In this document: piece after piece, positions 52,288 to 60,953 of the stretch | Numbering within the stretch: the stretch's first letter is position 1 | How the letters are laid out: every line of letters begins with the position of its first letter | Source of the DNA: Escherichia phage UPWr_E1 | Length of the DNA stretch: 64,000 bases | Strand: one strand, 5' to 3' | Sequence record: PP418985.1 | Program-made: the position numbers and the translations under genes | The notes under the pieces: generated by a model | Seen by the model: only the letters and a program-made list of their open reading frames with translations | The model's database searches: none | Told to the model about the DNA's origin: nothing

Positions 52288-54006
52288 TTATTGTGCTTGC
52301 TCTGGAAGTGCTTGTATATTTTCTATAGTAGCACCCCATTTAACGGCATTTAAACGAGCTTTGTGCATATCGTCTTCTCCGACTATTGCCGCAAAACCCT
52401 TTTTAGCGTGGAAATTCGCCCATGTGTTATATGCTAGTGCACCTACGCGTTTTGCTGTGTCGTGTTCAACTTCATCAACCATCAGCATTGTGCGGAAAGG
52501 TGCAAATGCTACATCTGGGTTATCGTCTTGTGTCCATGAACCACCATTAAACGACACCTGCCACCTGAACATCTCACCAGACGGAATTTGATTAATTCTC
52601 AACTTTAGAGATCTTGTTTTCTGGTTTTTCTGAGTTACGTCTAGTGGAACCTGATATCTAGCCGCTTGTCGTTCTCTACCATCATTCATCCTATGCCATG
52701 CGGTAACAACAAGCATAACCGGAATTGTGTTTGATGTTTTAATAAAACTAACATCAACTAAAAGTTCCATATCATAGCTACCAGATTTAGGCGCAACCCA
52801 CCAATGGTCGGCATCAGCTTGTCGATCTGGCTCTTTAATCTGTGGTGTGCATCCATAGTTATCATGAATGACATACTTCCACGGAATGTAAAAAGCACCA
52901 CCGCCAGTTCCTGGATTTGTAACTTCGAGTAGATTTTGTGCAGTGGTAAACACGCTTGACACGCGAGGGAAAGCATAAATGGTAGCACCACCAGTGTGAT
53001 CGCTGATCTGTAACCATTCGGTCCATCGATCAGTTCTCTTTGTATAGGAACGGTGATACATTACGCCATCAATGCTTGTTGCGATCTGCAATACATGATC
53101 TTTACATGCATGAACATCTACAGAACCATGTGTTTGTGTTCCATTTGGACGGTTTGCCGACCCCTCAAAGTAACAGAAACGGCCTTGTTTAGTCAAGGTG
53201 TTTAGGTCTAGCGTTTCTGGCGAAATTTCCGGTAGACGTTTACCCAGACTGGTTAACATCGCCTCCTGATCACCATTTAAACCACCGCCACCACTTCCTT
53301 CCCCGCTTTGAGAGTTCCACTCACGCCATGCACCATTGTGTCGGATGCGAGAGTAAACACCACCATCAATAGAACGGACCACTTGAAGAATGCTACCATC
53401 GACGACATATACATCTGCGGACCCCTTATTCGCCATCATTGGAGGTTTGCCATAGGTTGCATCACCTACCGGATAGCGTCCGGGTGATGTGGTTACATCC
53501 AGATTGTTAATTGGATTCGTCGTAGTCCATTTTACCTCAATTGCAGATAGACGCTGCGCAACGTTCGCTAATACTTCTGGTACTGGAAATACAAGAGATT
53601 CCTGTGTTCCGTCTGAGTACGTGACTTCTAGAGTCCAGTTGCGATCGTCCTCGGACAAATTCGCTTCGATTCTAGCAATGCCACGACCATTTTCGCCCTT
53701 CTCACCAGGAATACCCTGTTCACCCTGAATAACCCAGGTCATATCGACCCATTTTGATTTATCGTAGGGAGATTGTGCTGTTTTACCAGTCCATAATTGG
53801 AGTTTTTCGCCACAAACAATAATTGTTTTTAGTCTTTCCAATTCTGGAAAATGTTCGGTAAAATATTCATCCCTAGCTTCTTCATTTTCGAAACGGTGAG
53901 TATTTTTAATTCCGCTAGGTACGTTAGTTCCGATCTGAATACCACCACCAGAACAACCACCACTCACGGAACCAGCATTAATGATAGCTTGTGGATTTAG
54001 CTTCAT
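52288..54006 (-). CDS. Fiber/receptor-binding-like protein with short collagen-like G-X-Y stretch
   Basis: 573 aa from ATG (track ORF begins at an upstream TTG); GEQGIPGEKGENGRG triplets, glycine-rich linkers SGGCSGGG and GEGSGGGG. Confidence 0.55.
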   Translation of the reverse strand: MKLNPQAIINAGSVSGGCSGGGIQIGTNVPSGIKNTHRFENEEARDEYFTEHFPELERLKTIIVCGEKLQLWTGKTAQSPYDKSKWVDMTWVIQGEQGIPGEKGENGRGIARIEANLSEDDRNWTLEVTYSDGTQESLVFPVPEVLANVAQRLSAIEVKWTTTNPINNLDVTTSPGRYPVGDATYGKPPMMANKGSADVYVVDGSILQVVRSIDGGVYSRIRHNGAWREWNSQSGEGSGGGGLNGDQEAMLTSLGKRLPEISPETLDLNTLTKQGRFCYFEGSANRPNGTQTHGSVDVHACKDHVLQIATSIDGVMYHRSYTKRTDRWTEWLQISDHTGGATIYAFPRVSSVFTTAQNLLEVTNPGTGGGAFYIPWKYVIHDNYGCTPQIKEPDRQADADHWWVAPKSGSYDMELLVDVSFIKTSNTIPVMLVVTAWHRMNDGRERQAARYQVPLDVTQKNQKTRSLKLRINQIPSGEMFRWQVSFNGGSWTQDDNPDVAFAPFRTMLMVDEVEHDTAKRVGALAYNTWANFHAKKGFAAIVGEDDMHKARLNAVKWGATIENIQALPEQAQ

Positions 54007-54013
54007 ATAATAA

Positions 54014-54322
54014 TTACCCCCGTTTAGCAAGATACACGGTTACAGTAGAATCATTGGAAACAGATTTTACTTTTGCCCTAATAAATGACCATAATGTTTC
54101 AAACGCTCCACCATCAGTTGCATATTCATTACCATCAGCTTTCAATTCTGAAATAGTGAACCAACCTTTGCCATCTAAGGAACCTTCTAACGAGGCTTCC
54201 GCAATGACTTTTTGCCCTTCCCGTGCACCCTCTACGGTCATCTGTACTGTCATGTGCGTACTATGAACGCAGTTTACCGACGCGGAAACGGCTGGAGTTT
54301 TGGTCTTTATAAGTGTGTGCAT
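54014..54322 (-). CDS. Hypothetical protein, 102 aa
   Basis: RBS AAGGGGAG; preceded by a late promoter. Confidence 0.55.
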   Translation of the reverse strand: MHTLIKTKTPAVSASVNCVHSTHMTVQMTVEGAREGQKVIAEASLEGSLDGKGWFTISELKADGNEYATDGGAFETLWSFIRAKVKSVSNDSTVTVYLAKRG

Positions 54323-54360
54323 CTAATTTTCGCTCCCCTTAGAATATAGGCTTGCAACCT

Positions 54361-54368
54361 TATTTATA
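54361..54368 (-). promoter_or_regulatory. Late promoter TATAAATA for the three-gene insertion
   Basis: Plus-strand tatttata about 40 nt upstream of the start at 54322. Confidence 0.55.
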
Positions 54369-54382
54369 ACGGGATATAATAC

Positions 54383-54413
54383 GCAAAAAGGGAAGACCCT
54401 TTCGAGTCTTCCC
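54383..54413 (-). terminator. Rho-independent terminator downstream of gene 23
   Basis: gggaagac-tcgaaagg-gtcttccc followed by ttttt on the minus strand. Confidence 0.6.
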
Positions 54414-54483
54414 TTTGGAATTAACACTTTACACTGTCATAAGGTTTATGATAAGTCGGGCATTGCACCCGACCGGAGTTTAA

Positions 54484-56082
54484 TTAGCAACCTTTAACCC
54501 ATACACGGCGGAAGTATGCGTTTTTACCTACGCTGTCTTTGCTCAACATACCGGAGGTGATGCGAGCGGACGGTGCCTGGGTTTTGCTGTCTGCAAACGG
54601 GTTAATACCGATGCCGTAGCGAGTCTTGAAGCCCAGAACCGGGTGGAAAGACTGCGGATCGGTTGCACGCAGCGGAGTCAGAGCAACATACGGCGCATAG
54701 TAGATACCAGCATCCATTTCGTTGTCGCCTTTGTAGCCTACGGTGAAGTAGTCCTGACGAGCATACTGGTCGATGAATACTTTGTACTTACCAGCCAGAA
54801 CACCAGCGAAAACAGCTTTAGTGGTGTCGGTATTCAGACCTTTTGCAGCACCCTGCATAGCAACACTGATACCCTGATCAGCAGAAGCCAGAATGTTTAC
54901 AACGTTACGGGAAGCGATAACAAAGTTACCAGCACCGCGACCAGTCTGACGAGCGATTTCAGCAGCTTCTTTGTCGATCTGGTAGATCAGAGATTTGAAG
55001 GATTCACCAGCCCAACGAGCACCGCGAGTATCGATCGGGTCTTGCAGGTCAAATACACCAGCTTTAGAACCAACGGTCTGAGTCATACCAGTCTTACCAA
55101 CCTGTGCGGTAAAGTTGATAACGTCAACGATTTCACGGTTGATTTCCAGCAGAACTTCGTTAGCCAGGATAGCATTCAGTTCAGCGTCAGCATCCATACC
55201 GTGTACAGCACGCAGATCCTGCGCAACTTCGATAGAATAACGAGCTTTCAGTTGGCGAGATTTCGCTTCAACAACCTGTTTGTCAATACGCATCGACATT
55301 TCAGCCCACGGGTTATTGCTGGAACCGTTAAAGCCTTCCTGAATTTCGGCAATGGAAGTAGCCATACCGAAAGCGATTTCAGCCAGTTTACCTTCTTCCA
55401 TCAGCTTCATGACCACTTCATCTTCGGATTCATCACCTGATTTCTGCGGAGTTACTGCGCTAGAAGTTACGTTTTGCAGATATGCAATACCAGTGTCTGC
55501 AAACGTGTGATGTACAATGTCTCCCGGTTGGATCTGGGTAGATAATGCCAGTTTAGCGAATGCAGTACCAGTAGGAGAACCAGTCGTTGCATTTTTTGCT
55601 GCCAGAGAGCTATGGAACACATCTGGCGCATACATCGGGTGGAATGCTTCACGAACATTTTTAGGATTACCACCAGCCAGCGGGTCTGGACCGTATACAG
55701 AACGGATTGCAAAGATCTGGCTAGTCGGGGTGCTCATAGGCTGAACGCCACAAATATCAAATGCAATCAGGTTAGGAATAGCACGGCGAACCATACCGAT
55801 AACAGCCGGACCTACGTTAGTGATTGCACCGCTAGTCTGACCTGCCGCAATCTGGGATGCGTCGTAACCGTGGTCGCCAGCAACTTCGGCTTCGGCGATA
55901 AAACCACCGAATGCTTCAACAACTTTTTCATCCTTATAGATCGGATCTACAGCAAAATCCGCTTCCTGAGATTCCAGAATTTTAGCAACCAGTTTCTGCT
56001 TAGACGCAGTTGCGATTTCCGGCAGTTTTTCGTTCTCCAGCAGCGGGGACCATTTTTCCATCAGTTCTTTGGTAGTTTTCAT
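54484..56082 (-). CDS. 23: Major capsid protein gp23
   Basis: 532 aa; long stretches match T4 gp23 (MVRRAIPNLIAFDICGVQPM, NPWAEM, AKSRQLKA.YSIE.AQDLRAVHGMDADAEL, YFTVGYKG.NEMDAGIYYAPYVALTPLR). Confidence 0.95.
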   Translation of the reverse strand: MKTTKELMEKWSPLLENEKLPEIATASKQKLVAKILESQEADFAVDPIYKDEKVVEAFGGFIAEAEVAGDHGYDASQIAAGQTSGAITNVGPAVIGMVRRAIPNLIAFDICGVQPMSTPTSQIFAIRSVYGPDPLAGGNPKNVREAFHPMYAPDVFHSSLAAKNATTGSPTGTAFAKLALSTQIQPGDIVHHTFADTGIAYLQNVTSSAVTPQKSGDESEDEVVMKLMEEGKLAEIAFGMATSIAEIQEGFNGSSNNPWAEMSMRIDKQVVEAKSRQLKARYSIEVAQDLRAVHGMDADAELNAILANEVLLEINREIVDVINFTAQVGKTGMTQTVGSKAGVFDLQDPIDTRGARWAGESFKSLIYQIDKEAAEIARQTGRGAGNFVIASRNVVNILASADQGISVAMQGAAKGLNTDTTKAVFAGVLAGKYKVFIDQYARQDYFTVGYKGDNEMDAGIYYAPYVALTPLRATDPQSFHPVLGFKTRYGIGINPFADSKTQAPSARITSGMLSKDSVGKNAYFRRVWVKGC

Positions 56083-56115
56083 GTTCTTTAAACCTTGTTT
56101 GTTGTTAACCTAAAG

Positions 56116-56123
56116 TATTTATA
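56116..56123 (-). promoter_or_regulatory. Late promoter TATAAATA for gene 23
   Basis: Plus-strand tatttata about 35 nt upstream of the gene 23 start. Confidence 0.6.
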
Positions 56124-56141
56124 AAGTAGATTTGAATTACA

Positions 56142-56936
56142 TTAGATGAAATTCAGGTAGCGGGATACGCCGGAATCTACAGTTGCCTTTTTCTCTGATT
56201 CTTCGACAGCTTCTGCAATAACATTCAGCTTGTCGGCATCAGTATTTAGTGATTCTTCAATCTTCGCTGGTTTGTCTTCTTTCTTAGCAACCATTTCGAC
56301 AATTGCAGTTAATTTCTTATCGAAAGTTTCGCTATATTCCAGACCTTCAATCAGCGCGGTTACTTTTTCTTTCTGAGTATCGGAAAGATCACGAGTGCTT
56401 TCATTGATCGCTTGTTCGCGCTTCATACCACGAATTTCGCTTTCAAGTTGCAGTTTGGCATCAAAGAGTTCAGAGGTTTTTTCTTTTTCTTCTTTGAGTG
56501 CTTCGTCAAGTTCAGCAACAACGTCTACAGATTCTTCCGGTACTACAACATTGTGAGTAACGAAAACATCTTTCAGAGAACCAATCAGGGATTCGCACAG
56601 ATCCGCTTTAATATTACGGGTAACGGCTTCTTTATTTTCTGCCAGCCATTTAGCGCCTAAGTGATTCAGGAATTTATCCGCATCTTCGTACAGTTTGGTT
56701 TCAATCTCGGTGCGTGCTTCTTCGACCTTTGATTCTACCAGTTCATCGGCTTTAGCGGCGATTTTTTCAATGTGGCTTTCTGCCAGAGCAACAGCATTAG
56801 CTTTCACCGCTTGAGCGTAGATAGTACCAAAATTTTCTTTTACTTCCGGCGACAGTTCGACGGATTCAAACAGGTCATCGAGAGCAACGTCTACGGTGAT
56901 CTGTTTTGCTTCTTCGAGCAGCATTTCTTTAAGCAT
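56142..56936 (-). CDS. 22: Prohead core scaffold protein gp22
   Basis: 264 aa; acidic helical protein; synteny 21-22-23. Confidence 0.7.
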   Translation of the reverse strand: MLKEMLLEEAKQITVDVALDDLFESVELSPEVKENFGTIYAQAVKANAVALAESHIEKIAAKADELVESKVEEARTEIETKLYEDADKFLNHLGAKWLAENKEAVTRNIKADLCESLIGSLKDVFVTHNVVVPEESVDVVAELDEALKEEKEKTSELFDAKLQLESEIRGMKREQAINESTRDLSDTQKEKVTALIEGLEYSETFDKKLTAIVEMVAKKEDKPAKIEESLNTDADKLNVIAEAVEESEKKATVDSGVSRYLNFI

Positions 56937-56967
56937 GGTTATAACCTTCTTGTTGATAACGACGTTA

Positions 56968-57663
56968 TTATTTATAGCGTTTAGATAACGCTTCTGCGAG
57001 CGCCATAAACGCGCTATTATTCGATTCTACGATGTTTTGTTGTGAGGCTGTAGGGTTAGTCACTTTTTCGGTTTTATCGCTTTCTGGTGCGTCTGACGCG
57101 CTAGAATCGCTATCCGTTGACTCAACCACCGGAGTTACCCACGCATCTGGTGCGCTCGGACCCCATACAACATCAACACCAACCGTCAACACAAAACCTT
57201 CCTGTACAATATTGTATCCGCGACCTGAGTCTTTTAAACGACCCAACCCACGGGATGAAACGCCAGGAATCCAGCCAGCGCGAATCAGTGCAGCAAGTTT
57301 ATCACCTGCGCCTTTATCCCCTTCAATAACACGGGCTTTACCCATCACGTTATTACCTTCCCACCACAATTTTTCAATTATGATGCAAGCGTTAGATGGA
57401 TCTGGCATTGCTCTTGCTGGGTGATTAAGTTCGCCTAGAGCTTGATGTGTCTCAACTTGTTCATGTATGTATTTAGTAACCGCATTTTCTAGAACGCTGC
57501 GAGGATACCAGCGTTTATTACGGTTTACTGTTTCGGCTTGCAGGAAAATCCCTTGAATATAGAGATTTCCTGTAGCCTTATCATCAAATGATTCAAGCAA
57601 TGACGAACTACCGCGAGCACAAGGAACGCCCCATTGTTCGATCAGTAATTCGTTCTTTTCCAT
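56968..57663 (-). CDS. 21: Prohead protease gp21
   Basis: 231 aa; LGELNHP and WWEGNN.MGKAR motifs as in T4 gp21. Confidence 0.85.
   Translation of the reverse strand: MEKNELLIEQWGVPCARGSSSLLESFDDKATGNLYIQGIFLQAETVNRNKRWYPRSVLENAVTKYIHEQVETHQALGELNHPARAMPDPSNACIIIEKLWWEGNNVMGKARVIEGDKGAGDKLAALIRAGWIPGVSSRGLGRLKDSGRGYNIVQEGFVLTVGVDVVWGPSAPDAWVTPVVESTDSDSSASDAPESDKTEKVTNPTASQQNIVESNNSAFMALAEALSKRYK
56969..56976 (-). promoter_or_regulatory. Late promoter TATAAATA for gene 22 (inside 3' end of gene 21)
   Basis: Plus-strand tatttata about 35 nt upstream of the gene 22 start. Confidence 0.45.
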
Positions 57664-57674
57664 GTTGTTTCCTG

Positions 57675-58082
57675 TTATAATCCTAACGCCTTACGTTTAC
57701 GCATTGCTTTTTTGCGCTTACGTTCCGCATGACGTTCGATAGATGGATTTGCACGTTTGGTTTTTGCAGCACGACGGGCAATTTGACGGCGTTTAGCTTT
57801 GCTTAGGCCAGTAGTCATGTAAGCATTACGCTCACGGGTTTTGCGATCTTTCTTACGTGCAACTTCCCCGCGTGCGTTTACATGTTTAACCATTGCTTCG
57901 TTTACAGTAATTCCGTCGATAATAGACAGCATTGCTACCGCCAATTCCGGCTCATCCTCGGAGATACCTTCAACGATTTTCAATAGTTCTTCTGACTCAA
58001 ACATAGCCAACATGTCCAATTTTTCCTGTGCTTCCGGCAGAAAAGTTTCCAAGTCAGCTTTAGGAGTAAAATCTTTAATCAT
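57675..58082 (-). CDS. 68: Prohead core protein gp68
   Basis: 135 aa; basic C-terminus; synteny. Confidence 0.6.
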   Translation of the reverse strand: MIKDFTPKADLETFLPEAQEKLDMLAMFESEELLKIVEGISEDEPELAVAMLSIIDGITVNEAMVKHVNARGEVARKKDRKTRERNAYMTTGLSKAKRRQIARRAAKTKRANPSIERHAERKRKKAMRKRKALGL

Positions 58083-58094
58083 GTTGGCTTCCTA

Positions 58095-58319
58095 TTATTC
58101 GTCGTCTTCTTTGTCTTTTTTATCGTCTTTGCGATCTTCGTCTTCGTCGTCCTCATCATCGCGGTCTTTTTCTTCTTCACCTTCGATCATGACACTGGAT
58201 GCGATTTCGACACGCTGGGATTCGATGATCTGGGCTTTTTTAGCCTCCATGATCTTATCAAATTCTTTTTCGATCAGCGTTAGATCGCGAGTTTTAATTG
58301 CTTCGATAAATTGTTTCAT
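58095..58319 (-). CDS. 67: Prohead core protein gp67
   Basis: 74 aa with highly acidic C-terminus; synteny. Confidence 0.6.
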   Translation of the reverse strand: MKQFIEAIKTRDLTLIEKEFDKIMEAKKAQIIESQRVEIASSVMIEGEEEKDRDDEDDEDEDRKDDKKDKEDDE

Positions 58320-59885
58320 TTAAAAATCCTCTATTTCATCGGGAGTTTGTTTAAAGCGCGGATCGTTCGCTTCTTCTTCGATCTGTTTCTTCTCGGTGTC
58401 CATCTGGTCATCGGTATATTTCAGAATGTCACGCATCACTGTCTGGTTAGAGAAATACTTACCAATGTAAGGGGCGATACGTTCGATTAGACCGATTCGA
58501 CGTTCTAAAATTTCCGCGTCTTTAACTTCTGTATAATAAGAGTCCCGATGGAAAACCACCTTGATATTATTTATTTCACGATCCCAATCGTCTTCCGTAA
58601 TTACATTTTTGAGAATCAGATTATATTTAAGCGGATCGCGCAATACTTCCGAAAACTGTGATTGCAGAGTTCTAATGAATTTCGAAAATTCCAACTCATC
58701 GCGAGTAATTTCTGAACCGTCACCGCCAATAACCATATTAGCATCGGAGAGATTGCTACGTGACAATGGCACACGCAACGCTTCATACAATTTACGGTTA
58801 AAGTAGCGAATATCATCGATATCACTCATACCAGATGCACCAGGTAAAGTAGTAACATCGGTGATTGCTTTACCATCTCGACGCTGTAACCAGTAGTCCT
58901 CTGTCATTGATAGGTTTGCTTGCTGGTTTTTAAGTTTACCAGTCGATGCATCATAAACAACGCGGTTTTTAAAAGACTGTGCCACTGAGTTCATGTGCTG
59001 TGCAGCCTTGCGGTTGTTCATGTTTCCGGTATCAATAAAGAATACTCGACGTTCCGGTGCACGCGTGATACGATAAACGACCATTGCGTCTTCAAGCAAT
59101 TTAAGCTGGTTTGCTGGCTTAACCGCCCGATGCAAATAACCAATGATATATTTATCATCGCAATCCATCAAGCCGCTGTGAGCGTATGTAATAGCACTAC
59201 GCGGGATTTTAACGCGACTATTGGGAGAGAATACTTGACCACCCGCGCAATAAGAACTATTGCCTACGGTGTAAATGAAATATTCTTTCGTTGCTTTATA
59301 AATTTTACCTTCCGGTGTGTCTTCTGTAATGATCTCGCGAACATATTCAAGATTTCGTGGATCAAGCTGGCGTAATTCTACGATACCATCTTTTGGATTT
59401 TTACCGATGATTTTATGGAAGAAAATACGCGAATCGACATACCAGCGACGGAACATATCCTGACCGCGCTTATCAAACTGGATAGTGTTTAAAAGATCTT
59501 TAAATTCTTCATGAATGCGCTCTTTCACAGATTCACTAAAACCAGTCGCCTCAAGATTTAATGAAACAACGTCATGACCTTCTTCAAATACAATCGCATC
59601 GTTAACGATATTCTGTACAGCGTTTTCGACTTCATGGTTATTCATCAAACCGCGATATGTGTTAACCAATTGCTTAGTTGTACTGATTTTCTGGTCGGTG
59701 CTGTAAAATTGCTGGGTAAGAGAGTTCCACGCGCTAGCCGGAGAGTTATCATTAATTTCTACTTCCGTAGCACCATCATTGTTTTTAGGTGCGGCGATAG
59801 ACTCTGCTTTATCTTTAATTTGTTCTTCGTATTTGTCGTTGTCAAAATCAGCCCAACGCGCAAGCATTTTTAATCTACTAAACAT
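58320..59885 (-). CDS. 20: Portal vertex protein gp20
   Basis: 521 aa; size and position between 19 and 67. Confidence 0.8.
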   Translation of the reverse strand: MFSRLKMLARWADFDNDKYEEQIKDKAESIAAPKNNDGATEVEINDNSPASAWNSLTQQFYSTDQKISTTKQLVNTYRGLMNNHEVENAVQNIVNDAIVFEEGHDVVSLNLEATGFSESVKERIHEEFKDLLNTIQFDKRGQDMFRRWYVDSRIFFHKIIGKNPKDGIVELRQLDPRNLEYVREIITEDTPEGKIYKATKEYFIYTVGNSSYCAGGQVFSPNSRVKIPRSAITYAHSGLMDCDDKYIIGYLHRAVKPANQLKLLEDAMVVYRITRAPERRVFFIDTGNMNNRKAAQHMNSVAQSFKNRVVYDASTGKLKNQQANLSMTEDYWLQRRDGKAITDVTTLPGASGMSDIDDIRYFNRKLYEALRVPLSRSNLSDANMVIGGDGSEITRDELEFSKFIRTLQSQFSEVLRDPLKYNLILKNVITEDDWDREINNIKVVFHRDSYYTEVKDAEILERRIGLIERIAPYIGKYFSNQTVMRDILKYTDDQMDTEKKQIEEEANDPRFKQTPDEIEDF

Positions 59886-59943
59886 TATTCACCTCGAATT
59901 GGGAGAAATTAAGCGGGGAACTTCTCCCCGCATGATAATATAT

Positions 59944-60438
59944 TTATTCTACCCAATCGATAGCAAAAGTAACTTCAAACGTTTCAACTTCGTTGTTTTG
60001 TTCCCAATCGAGGGTTACTTCACCAACGTTGGTCGGGAAAATACCGTACAATGTTTTTTCGCTAGTTGATTCGGTGTTACGGTTAAGTTGACGAACAATA
60101 GCTTGTTTCTTATATTGTGCAGGAGTTGCACCAGTGATCGCCGATCCAGTACCATGTGTTTGATCGCTCCACGCAACGATAGCATCACGGATCTTGTGTG
60201 CGTCATCGTTGAATACAGTGATGGTCCAGTCGTCATATACACGGTCGCCAGCGATGTTAATTTTACGGTTTTGATAACCTACAGAGATTTTTTCTACGGT
60301 TGCAGCCGGGACAGTTGCCGCTTTACACATCAGCTTAAAGTTTTGCCCCAGATAAGGGATCTCAACTTCAAACAGGTTAGGACGAGCAAAATCGCCAGAC
60401 TCGAAACCGCGTGTAATATCATTCAAATCGAGTGCCAT
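59944..60438 (-). CDS. 19: Tail tube protein gp19
   Basis: 164 aa; size and synteny. Confidence 0.8.
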   Translation of the reverse strand: MALDLNDITRGFESGDFARPNLFEVEIPYLGQNFKLMCKAATVPAATVEKISVGYQNRKINIAGDRVYDDWTITVFNDDAHKIRDAIVAWSDQTHGTGSAITGATPAQYKKQAIVRQLNRNTESTSEKTLYGIFPTNVGEVTLDWEQNNEVETFEVTFAIDWVE

Positions 60439-60680
60439 AATTGATATTCCTTAATAGAGCGGGGATTTTATCCCCGCTTGATTTAACTTTTAATCTATGC
60501 TAATTTACTGATTATGCCTGGTTAGCTGGACCGATAATTTCGTCAAAATCAGCACCAGTTGCAACAGCAGTGAAATTGAGCATGATATAGTTGATCGATT
60601 TTGCTGGTTTGATGAACATACTAGCAACAAATTCGTTACGATCAATTACATCCGGCGTGTTGTTCGTGGTGTCGCATTGT
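60408..60680. repeat. Tandem duplication unit 1 (273 bp): gene 19 5' end, intergenic hairpin, copy of gene 18 3' end
   Basis: Identical to 60681-60953 by eye. Confidence 0.8.
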
Positions 60681-60953
60681 CGCGTGTAATATCATTCAAA
60701 TCGAGTGCCATAATTGATATTCCTTAATAGAGCGGGGATTTTATCCCCGCTTGATTTAACTTTTAATCTATGCTAATTTACTGATTATGCCTGGTTAGCT
60801 GGACCGATAATTTCGTCAAAATCAGCACCAGTTGCAACAGCAGTGAAATTGAGCATGATATAGTTGATCGATTTTGCTGGTTTGATGAACATACTAGCAA
60901 CAAATTCGTTACGATCAATTACATCCGGCGTGTTGTTCGTGGTGTCGCATTGT
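60681..60953. repeat. Tandem duplication unit 2 (273 bp): copy of gene 19 5' end, hairpin, authentic gene 18 3' end
   Basis: Identical to 60408-60680 by eye. Confidence 0.8.

Noticed and set aside
54643-56091. Plus-strand ORFs (265 aa, 159 aa, 81 aa, 75 aa) inside gene 23
   Set aside because: They are antisense shadow ORFs within a strongly supported major capsid gene and lack RBS or promoter context.
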